A stretch of 64,000 nucleotides of DNA, taken from the NCBI GenBank assembly GCA_964187785.1, contig OZ076420.1:26722001-26786000 (forward strand), read 5' to 3'. The position numbers and the translations under genes were made by a program. The notes beneath the pieces were generated by a model. It was not told where the DNA came from and ran no database searches. It was given only the letters and a program-made list of their open reading frames with translations. This stretch comes from Amphiscolops sp. MND2022 (taxonomy: Eukaryota). Numbering within the stretch: position 1 is the stretch's first letter; each line of letters starts with the position of its first letter. Below, in pieces: positions 24,672-32,926 of this stretch.

Positions 24672-25380
24672 TTAACTTTAGAAATTCATCAGCTTTGGTG
24701 AATTGTAATTGAGAATCTAGTTCATTATATTTAGTGCCTTTTCTAAGGTTGTCTTCTTTTAAAAGAGGTTGAGTGTTACGCCAATTAAAAGCTTCTAAGA
24801 GTTCATCTTCTTTCGAAACATCAAATGATGAAATTGGTTTGATATGATCTATCTGGATATTACTCCAATTCATTTCAGGGTTCATTTGAAATTCGATCCA
24901 TTTTTTGTAACTTTCGATATCAATTCCTAAGATTTCTCTAGATGATTTTGATTTGGAGTTACCTTTAAGAGCACAGCGAAATCTATCTCTAGTGTTTTTG
25001 ATTATTCTGAAGTTTACATCAGTTTTTAAACGCTCTTTTTCATAAATTCATTTCTTCTCATTTATTTTCTCCCTATTTTGTTGTTGGTATTCTTTCGTTC
25101 TTTCTATACTTTTCTCCCTATTTTGTTGGTAATACTGTTTTCTGTTGTCTATAATTTTCTCCCTATTTTGTTGTTAATACTGTTTTCTGTTGTCTTTTAT
25201 TTTCTCAATGTTGTTACTGTTCCATTCTTTTTGTTTGGCATTTTTACAACTTATACAAACGGTTACATATCTATTGTTGTCTTTTCTGAAGTAGAAGTTT
25301 GAGATTACTTTAACAACTCCACACTTAGTACATTTTTTAACTAGATTATAATCAAGTAGGTCTTTAATCGAATTACTCAT
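24649..25380 (-). pseudogene. Zn-finger plus HNH endonuclease, copy 1, with internal stops and 45-bp tandem repeats at ~25060-25210
   Basis: KKCTKC...CISC N-terminus, repeats of the EKIIDNRKQYYQQNR type, IQIDHIKPISSF...NTQPLLKEDNLRKG. Confidence 0.85.
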
Positions 25381-25399
25381 TTACTTGAAATGATTTCAT

Positions 25400-25839
25400 T
25401 TATCTTCGAGGATGTAAAAATAGACCTTGACCTGACGTAAGTGTTCCAATTTTAACAGCTCCCCCTTTCGTAACAAATCGACCTGCTTGCATTGCAGAAG
25501 ATACTATAGCCTGAGGATTGCGTGATGTGACTGCCGATCCAACCTGAGATGCTAGTTGAAATGCTTTTACAGGATCGTTTAAAAATTTCTTCCCAACATC
25601 CTACCTAATGGCTTCAAACCCTTGTTCCACACATTTTTAAAAAATTTTTTAATACCTTGCCCCTCAAGATCAAGTTGTTCTTGTGTATAAGGTAAACTTT
25701 TCTTTCCATTACATGATCGACAATATCCTTTAAGAAATAGGGACCCACCTTGTGTGATATGGCCATAAGGTCTAACAGTTCTATCATGCCTCCCACAGTT
25801 ACATTTTGAATTACTTAAAAACTTAGTACCACGTGTCAT
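25400..25839 (-). pseudogene. Zinc-ribbon plus amphipathic, core-protein-like ORF; frameshift in a T-run near 25583
   Basis: CNCG...CRSC, then GQGIKKFFKNVWNKGLK, ending SGQGLFLHPRR*. Confidence 0.6.
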
Positions 25840-25994
25840 TTAAATGAGAGAATGTGACTTTTATTTCTTCCACATATTTCACAGATACCTTTAATGATTA
25901 TAACGATTTTTCCAGTTTTAGGATTGATTTTCAAAGATATCGTTAAATTTTTTGTTTCACTATAGTGTCTCCCACCAACACAGAAACTTTTCAT
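25836..25994 (-). CDS. 52-aa zinc-ribbon protein (DUF5679-like)
   Basis: MKSFCVGGRH...KGICEICGRNKSHILSFK*; ATGA overlap with the next ORF. Confidence 0.6.
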   Translation of the reverse strand: MKSFCVGGRHYSETKNLTISLKINPKTGKIVIIIKGICEICGRNKSHILSFK

Positions 25995-26086
25995 TTATTA
26001 CTAACAAAAACTTTCTTCATAGGTAGGAGGAGCTGAAGGTTCGAAATTAGTTTGTTTTGGTTTGAAGATAAATTTAATCTTTATCT

Positions 26087-26695
26087 TCACATCATTTTTG
26101 CTAAAAAAGCATTCAACGTTCGTATCTGTTCTGCAGATATATTCTCTGACAGATCTAACCTACCAAAAATATCCTCGACTGTAAATTTAGTGTTCTCCAT
26201 AATTTCTTTTCTCTTAGTTATATAATGGTTATAGATACTTTTCAGTTCTTCACTTTCCTTTTCATCAATCTTTTTATCTACCAGAGACTTCTTGAGAGTT
26301 TTTTCATATAAAAGTTTAATCATCTTGATATGATCCCTTAATTTCTGATAACGTGATTTCAATATCGAGAAATATTCATTCGTAAAGAGAACAGCCACCG
26401 ATATCACAAAACTAGATACCCCCGCAATTGGAACTCCAATCTGAGTTCCAACACCAGTTGCCGTTAAAGTACTCCCAACAACTACTCCACTCGCTCCCGC
26501 TAGAATCTCTAGTATGGAAATGTAGATCTTCTTTTTATTTACAGATTTATATTTCTTTTTATAGTAGTCGTTATCAATTTCAAGACTTTTGAGAATATTT
26601 TCATAATCATGTTTTTCAGTTTTGTATTTCAAGTCTTCAATTTCATCACCTTTAGTTTTTACTTTCAATAGAGAGGGGTATGCAGGTTCTGTCAT
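26087..26695 (-). CDS. Conserved Polinton-type coiled-coil protein with a central hydrophobic hairpin (202 aa)
   Basis: ISILEILAGASGVVVGSTLTATGVGTQIGVPIAGVSSFVISVAVLF flanked by K/E-rich helices. Confidence 0.8.
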   Translation of the reverse strand: MTEPAYPSLLKVKTKGDEIEDLKYKTEKHDYENILKSLEIDNDYYKKKYKSVNKKKIYISILEILAGASGVVVGSTLTATGVGTQIGVPIAGVSSFVISVAVLFTNEYFSILKSRYQKLRDHIKMIKLLYEKTLKKSLVDKKIDEKESEELKSIYNHYITKRKEIMENTKFTVEDIFGRLDLSENISAEQIRTLNAFLAKMM

Positions 26696-26901
26696 TTATT
26701 ATCTAAAAATTCAATAGCCTTATATTCTTTTAATGACCTCTGTCTGTGAACTTTCTGTAGAGCGATATCTTTGATTATTTTTATTTCATTTTCTGTAAAT
26801 CCAACCTGGTTCAATATACCTTCATCTGTTAAACTCAGGATCAAAATTAATGTTCTCTCATATCGAACGTCTTCAAATAATGTTAAAAAATATTTTTCCA
26901 T
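26692..26901 (-). CDS. Small hypothetical protein (69 aa)
   Basis: Abuts its neighbours; a frameshifted paralogue lies at ~26900-27090. Confidence 0.5.
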   Translation of the reverse strand: MEKYFLTLFEDVRYERTLILILSLTDEGILNQVGFTENEIKIIKDIALQKVHRQRSLKEYKAIEFLDNK

Positions 26902-27131
26902 TATTTATTATAGAATAATTCAAGGATTGATTCCTCCTCATTTTTCTGTTCTTCATAAAATTCATCATTTGTTTTGGTTAATGACTCCAATATTCTATCT
27001 TGTAATGATTTTATTTGACTTCTTCCTAACCCACATTCTTCAACTAGATTGGGATTTGATAAAAGACTAGTGAGTAAAATAATTTTTTAAACATCTTTAA
27101 TTGAAAATATCTGTTTCTCCAACCAATTCAT

Positions 27132-28505
27132 TTACTTAGGAGAATGATAGGATATGGTAATGTTAGAGAAAGCCATGTCTGATTCATAACCTAAAATTTC
27201 ATCAAAATAGAATCTTATCCCTTTATTGTCTTCTGAAATCGTTTCTTCCAATAATTCCCACCCATCACTTTGTTCTTTAGCAGGAAAGATGATTTTATCT
27301 TTCCATTGATCATCTAAAGTTTGATATTGTAATCTAAATCGACACATATTAATACCATTTCTGTGATACCAAAATTTAACCTTTGTAATGTTTTCATGTT
27401 TAGTATATGTAATATGAGCATATTTATCAACACCATTATTTGGAGTAGATGCTTCAATATAAGCATAGTAGTCACCAATTGGGGGTAGAGTTTCAGGTCC
27501 CGTTCCATTTGAACCAGTAATAGAATCAGAGGCTTTGAAAAAACCAGCTAAAGAACTCATTCCATCAGCAACTTCTAGATCACAGTCTACCCAGAGATCA
27601 GTGCTGGTGTTATTTGTGAATTCCAATATCATTTGAAGTACATCATATTCAAATTTATCAACATATTGTTTTGTAACAAATGGGAAAGACAATTCTCCAT
27701 TTGTTGTATTAAGGATTAATGAAACGATATTAGATGTCTCTGATAATATACCATCCTGTTTTAATCCACTATCAACATACCTTTTATTTACTGCATCACT
27801 ATCATTTATGGGGTCACCCACATTTGTACTTATATGGTTATTAAAATCATTATCCCTATCTGTTCTAGCTAGATTGTTATTCAAAGGGATATATAAAATT
27901 GTTTTAGGGATAGTCAAATTACTTTCTAATGTAATATAGTCAGAATGATCTAATTTTTCATCTTGATGTAATCGTAATAGAGAAAACTCATCAATACTTG
28001 TTGTTATAAACTCACTGATAACAGATTTAGGTACTATGTTATCAATTTCGTAGTCATCAAATTGTTTAGTAGGATCTGTGTTTAAAGAAATAGATTTATT
28101 AAAGATGATATCTTTATTGTTCCTAACTATAGAACTTTCATCTATCAAAGTATCAGTATATCGTTTAGTTGTTAGTTCTAAATCATATTGTGGATCTCTA
28201 TTCACATAGACGCTTTCACAACCTGTAATTGTGTTTCCATTGAAATTATTATTTTTATTTGTTCTCACAATTGTTGTATTGTCAAATTGACTATTGGGGA
28301 CTAAGTCAACTGTTGCTATATAGTATTTTGTAGCAGGATCTTGAAGAAGTGTTGGATTTGGAAGGTTTAATATTTTAAATTGATTTTTCATGTCAATATC
28401 TTCCTCAAGGTTTGACTCGATGTAGTTTGCTCGGATGTAAGTCTTGGTTACACCTGAAGTACTAGTTGAGGTGCTAGAAATTGCTCTACCGAATTTATCT
28501 GTCAT
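27132..28505 (-). CDS. Fibre-like protein with DPATKxYV-type repeats and a C-terminal MAM-like domain (457 aa)
   Basis: QDPATKYY, ELTTKRYTD, DAVNKRYVD, FVTKQYVD; then DCDLE...YYAYIEAS...KFWYH...DMAFSNITI. Confidence 0.8.
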   Translation of the reverse strand: MTDKFGRAISSTSTSTSGVTKTYIRANYIESNLEEDIDMKNQFKILNLPNPTLLQDPATKYYIATVDLVPNSQFDNTTIVRTNKNNNFNGNTITGCESVYVNRDPQYDLELTTKRYTDTLIDESSIVRNNKDIIFNKSISLNTDPTKQFDDYEIDNIVPKSVISEFITTSIDEFSLLRLHQDEKLDHSDYITLESNLTIPKTILYIPLNNNLARTDRDNDFNNHISTNVGDPINDSDAVNKRYVDSGLKQDGILSETSNIVSLILNTTNGELSFPFVTKQYVDKFEYDVLQMILEFTNNTSTDLWVDCDLEVADGMSSLAGFFKASDSITGSNGTGPETLPPIGDYYAYIEASTPNNGVDKYAHITYTKHENITKVKFWYHRNGINMCRFRLQYQTLDDQWKDKIIFPAKEQSDGWELLEETISEDNKGIRFYFDEILGYESDMAFSNITISYHSPK

Positions 28506-29079
28506 TTAATATCTTCATAATTGTTCTATAAAAACTGTTGTCTTGCATTAGGTAGAGGAAGAAGAGGCAGTAGCTGGCACAGTTAGAGTCATTTATGTTT
28601 TGGATGGAGGATAAACTCATTTCTCTGAATAAACTTATTCCAAACAAGTTGTTTGGTTGGATAGCATCACCATCAGCGTATAACGTATCATCTGCATTTT
28701 TAACTGTTTGAGTTTCAATTTCTAGGTATGAATCCCTTAGATCAGCAAAGACATCTTCTCGTGGTATTAGAATATTGAAGGGACTGTTTCCATTTACTGC
28801 TACTAGAGATGTTGGTCGATATGGTATATAATCTGATTTAAGTTTTGTTCTATCAATGACTTCAGGTCTATCAAGTTGGTAGTTGGATGATTGTGTTATC
28901 TCTTCAAATCCGTTCTCCATTAATGAATTAGAAATTGGTGATTTATTTTTATAAATTCGAACAAACCCCGAGCCAGTTAATCTTCTTAGTTTTTCATAAT
29001 TTTCTTTGGTTAATTTACTTTCATTTTTTATCTTACGCACAAAGTGTGTGTGTGGTTTGGAAGTTGGATTGAGTGTCAT
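28495..29079 (-). pseudogene. Deletion fusion of the major capsid protein N-terminus (aa 1-158) with the cysteine-protease C-terminus (aa 159-194)
   Basis: DVFADLRDSYLEI...NNLFGISLF is the double-jelly-roll MCP N-terminal motif; it is joined to IQNINDSNCASYCLFFL, the adenain-like Q..C motif. Confidence 0.8.
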
Positions 29080-29085
29080 TTATAA

Positions 29086-29841
29086 TCAAGAATTCTTCTT
29101 CATATGAAGTGTGAAAGCGATTGTTTCACCATGATTATCGATGAGATTGCCTTCATCATCCTCCATCCAGAACTCTATAGAATCAAGTTTTTGTTTATAT
29201 ATATGTTTATAGAGAATGAGGTTGGGTTCTCGAACAATTTTAGCTCCGGGGGGTTCATTCAGAACAATGGAGAGTGAAATGTTTGATGGAAAGCCATTTC
29301 GCAGAGAACTAATAATACTATCACAACAAAGGTGAAGTCGGTGGATATCGATTATGTTGACCTTATTCTTGGAGTAGTTGTATGGTTCAGATAGTATAAC
29401 TGAATCAAATCCTAAAAGGTCTCCTAAAGTGTTAGGTTGTGTAAAGTCAACTTTGTGACCATCACTAAGACGTATAAGAGAATGAAGGGTAGCTGTGTTA
29501 GCTTCAAGTATTATTGGACTTTCGGTAAAGTCAACTTCAAGAGAAAGTTGTCTCGCAATTTCATCATTTATTTGTTCTATTTCATAAGCACCAGGAGGTA
29601 AAAGGATTTCTTTCCAATACAGTAATCCATCAAAGTATATGATTTTATTGTTTTTAGATGTTACATTAAAGATAGAGTTATATGTGTTGAAAGATGAGAC
29701 ACCTATTACGTAATTACCATCTGTTAAGTCGATACTATCTTGAAGGTTCATCTTAAAGTGATTTGTTTTATATTTAACTTCTAAAGGTATTTGAGGTAGG
29801 GGGCGAGTATTTTTCTCAATATCAGTCAATATCTTCTCCAT
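29086..29841 (-). CDS. Minor capsid (penton) protein (251 aa)
   Basis: YNSIFNV, LPPGAYEIEQIN, TLGDLLGF, NEPPGAKI, IDNHGETI. Confidence 0.88.
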   Translation of the reverse strand: MEKILTDIEKNTRPLPQIPLEVKYKTNHFKMNLQDSIDLTDGNYVIGVSSFNTYNSIFNVTSKNNKIIYFDGLLYWKEILLPPGAYEIEQINDEIARQLSLEVDFTESPIILEANTATLHSLIRLSDGHKVDFTQPNTLGDLLGFDSVILSEPYNYSKNKVNIIDIHRLHLCCDSIISSLRNGFPSNISLSIVLNEPPGAKIVREPNLILYKHIYKQKLDSIEFWMEDDEGNLIDNHGETIAFTLHMKKNS

Positions 29842-30698
29842 TTATTCAATAAAAATCTTCATTGCATTTTCATATTCAGTTTCTGTAATCTCTTTCATTC
29901 TTAAAAGTTCGTGTAATATTGCTGAGGCTTCTCGAAATGCGTTTGTATTACCTGCTAGTGATTCACCCACAAGCACTTCAAATCGTTCGACTAAAGTATT
30001 TGGATCCGAAGATAGAAAAATGAAATTGATTCCATCTCCATCAATTTCTTGGATGTTAGATTGTTTAAAAGATTTAAGAGCTTGATGGAGGTTAGATCTT
30101 CTATCTCTCTCTAAACCACCTGCGTAATTGATAAAGTTTATAAGAGCATTCATTTCTTCAGTAGTAAATTCGGAAAAATCCACATTATTACCTTTAAGGA
30201 ATAGTTTAAGGAAATCGGGTGATATTTTAAATTCCATTTCATTAAAATTTATTTTATTGTCGTAAACTTCGAATGGTTTATTGTTGACTTTATAATTGTT
30301 GAATTTTTTTTTTGAAAATTTCATCTGTGGGTGAGTGTTAGTCTGAATTAAAAGGGAGGAGATCATATCAGAAATTTCAGCCTCAATTGGTTTTGTTGTA
30401 GCATTTTCTTCTTCGTCAGTTGCCTCTATAGCTTCTAATATAGGAGATTTTATTGAAGGAGTAGTGGCTTCTTCTAACATTTTTGTTTGGGTTTCGATGG
30501 CTCGAGTGTGATCCTCTTGACTTTTTATCTGTTTTTTTGAAGATTCATAATTGGAGCATATTGTTCTGCTAGATCATAATTCAAGGTTGCTTTTTGAATC
30601 TTTTTGTTCAATCTTTGTTTTTTAATGTCTCTTTTTTGGTTGATGAGATTTTTTAATTTGTTGAGATCTTCTATATTTTTGGGGGTATAAAAAGTCAT
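29842..30698 (-). pseudogene. Conserved Polinton protein (SDPNxLVERxxxLxxExxAGN domain); frameshift in an A7 run near 30535
   Basis: IFLSSDPNTLVERFEVLVGESLAGNTNAFRE; the upstream coiled-coil part starts at ATG 30698. Confidence 0.8.
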
Positions 30699-31237
30699 TA
30701 TTTATAGTACTTAAAATACTCATATTCATTTTGAACCATTAGGTCATGCTCGTGATAATTTGCTCCTTTCTTCCTGTTATCATGTTTAAAAAGAGGTTGG
30801 ATGTTGGAGAAGTGAGACGCTTCTTTAAGTTGAGTGGGGTCAGTTAGATCGAATGATGATAGAGGTTGAATATGGTCAAAGTCGATGTTCTTCCAAGTCA
30901 TCCCAGGGCTCATCAGAAATTCAATGTAGTCTTTGAATTCTTCGAATGAAAATCCCAATAATTCTAGAGTTGAGGGATTTTTTCGAGTTACTTGTTTAAG
31001 CAGAGCTTTACATAATCTCGGTCGCAAATTACATGCTAATCTGTATAAATTGTCGTTTGCTCTTTTTTCTCGGTGATATTGATTATGTTTCTCACGATTA
31101 TTTTTTCTCCATTGAGATGCTTTTAAAGAATCACATCTTTTACAATATGGATAAAGTTTATCTTTTGAGTCTGATTTCTTGTTAAACTCAGTAATTGGTT
31201 TTTCATCTTTACAGATAAAGCACTTTTTTAAATCCAT
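30698..31237 (-). CDS. Zn-finger plus HNH endonuclease, copy 2, intact (179 aa)
   Basis: KKCFIC...CKRC, IDFDHIQPLSSF...NIQPLFKHDNRKKG. Confidence 0.88.
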   Translation of the reverse strand: MDLKKCFICKDEKPITEFNKKSDSKDKLYPYCKRCDSLKASQWRKNNREKHNQYHREKRANDNLYRLACNLRPRLCKALLKQVTRKNPSTLELLGFSFEEFKDYIEFLMSPGMTWKNIDFDHIQPLSSFDLTDPTQLKEASHFSNIQPLFKHDNRKKGANYHEHDLMVQNEYEYFKYYK

Positions 31238-31258
31238 ATTTAATATAAAATCTTTATT

Positions 31259-32008
31259 TCAATTAAAAGGATCACTTGAAGGAATAAAAATGGTATCTAG
31301 ATTTTTCCGGTACTTTCCATCATTTTTCTTCTTCGTTAAATCTATCGTGATAAAGTTATAATCTTCTTCCCATACTGTGTTGATAAAATATTTATATTCT
31401 TTGATTAGCATATCTGTTGAGCTTAGCTGGCGGTGTAAAGATTCAACATTCGCAAAATTGTTCGTTATGAAGTGATGGATGATTGAAGAGTTCTCTCGTA
31501 TCGTATCTTTAGGAAGTTCATAGAAGCCATGAGTGATGACAAAGAGAGAAAGATTATTATGGCGTCCCCTTTTGAATAACATCTGTACTTTTTCATCATT
31601 TAACTGGTGCCTGCTCAAATCATCGAGTATGATTACGTTGTGAATGTTTGAATCGTAATCTTGTGGGTTCTTTAATTCGTTAATATCTTCATAACTTTCA
31701 CATTCTATGTGTGATGATTTGAAGTCTTCATCATTAATAATTTCTTCTATTGTTCTGTCTATTTCATCAAGAGGTATTCCTTCTCTGAGAATATTTTGAA
31801 TGATGTTTAAAGGAAGGAAGTTGGTGAGACATTATATAATAGTTCTGTAAACTGGTTGGTGAATTGTTGGCGAATAGATGAATATCTTATCAAAGTCGTT
31901 AATGATGTTAAATAGTATTTTGAATAGAAGAGTTGATTTTCCACTTGCTGATTTACCTGAGATAATACAATGCACAGGGGGTTCGGGGTAAAGATATTTT
32001 TCCATCAT
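31259..32008 (-). pseudogene. A32/FtsK-like DNA packaging ATPase; frameshift near 31835
   Basis: Walker A ISGKSASGKST, Walker B VIILDD, RGRH motif. Confidence 0.92.
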
Positions 32009-32015
32009 TTATATT

Positions 32016-32396
32016 TCAGAAATTTGTTGTGTTGGCCGTCTCATTGGATGTTTCTGTGGTTGTGAAGGTTTGGGGGTTTGGAATTGATATTTTAGATGAT
32101 TCAGTTTGTGTTTCTGTTATCGATGTTTGGTTGAGAGTTTCTGATATTGTAGATGATTCAGTTTGTGTTTCTGTTGTTGATGTTTGGTTGAGAGTTTCTG
32201 ATATTGTAGATGATTCAGTAGGTGTTTCTGTTATTTTAGATGTTTGGTTGGATGTTTCAGTTTCAGTTTCATTTAATGTTTTAGTTAGAAATTTAAAGAT
32301 TAGTGGTGAGAATATTGTTAACATCAAGATATTAAATATCAGAATTGTTAGGCTTATTTGTGTTAAAAAGGTGGCGTTCATTTCAAACTTTTTCAT
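32016..32396 (-). CDS. Membrane-anchored S/T-rich mucin-like protein with 51-bp tandem repeats
   Basis: N-terminal hydrophobic helix; repeats of TESSTISETLNQTS; several NxT/S sequons. Confidence 0.65.
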   Translation of the reverse strand: MKKFEMNATFLTQISLTILIFNILMLTIFSPLIFKFLTKTLNETETETSNQTSKITETPTESSTISETLNQTSTTETQTESSTISETLNQTSITETQTESSKISIPNPQTFTTTETSNETANTTNF

Positions 32397-32405
32397 TTAT
32401 ATAAA

Positions 32406-32603
32406 TTAAATTGTTTGAAACGAATTGTTCTTCAAGTTTTTCCTCCATCTCATCTCCCTTCGATTTTGTAAATATTTTTCAGGATTATCTAACCTCCATT
32501 GGTTGACTCTCATAATTTCACATGGTTTACATTTAAAACAATTTTTATAGAAGTCTGTAATTGGTTTGTTAAGTTTACAGCTTGTGTAAGATTTAGTTTC
32601 CAT
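32406..32603 (-). pseudogene. Truncated third copy of the HNH N-terminal zinc finger
   Basis: SCKLNKPITDFY...CKPC...WRLDNPEK resembles the N-termini of ORFs 31237 and 25380. Confidence 0.6.
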
Positions 32604-32663
32604 ATTTAAAAGGAAATATTTTATTGAATTAAATGTTGGGATTTGACGTTAGCGTGAGAATGT

Positions 32664-32926
32664 TGTGATAGTGAGTGTCCTTGAGTTTGGAGTAATGCCT
32701 AGTAGTATAGAAAGGGGGATTTGAGATTAGCTTGAAGGGTGTAAGGAGGGTGAGGAAGTAGTGTAGGAAATGGGATTTGACGTTAGCGCGAGGTAGCAAT
32801 GAGCGAAGCGAATGGCTAAGCAAGGGGGTGAATAAAGTGAGAGAATCGAGCGAAGCGAGATGATCGAGCGAAGTGAGCCAGCTTGCGCCCTTCGCGCTGG
32901 CGTCAAATCCCATTTCCTACACTACT
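32664..32926 (-). repeat. Right TIR of the Polinton
   Basis: Reverse complement of 19011-19273. Confidence 0.95.

Larger units (their letters stand above)
19011..32926 (-). mobile_element. Polinton/Maverick (endogenous polinto-/adinto-like virus), 13,916 bp, defective
   Basis: AGTAGT...ACTACT termini, 263-bp TIRs, 6-bp TSD AATGTA (19005-19010 and 32927-32932), pPolB, rve integrase, A32-type ATPase, capsid genes. Confidence 0.97.

Noticed and set aside
32029-32409. 126-aa plus-strand V/D/S-rich ORF
   Set aside because: Antisense shadow of the tandem-repeat mucin-like ORF.
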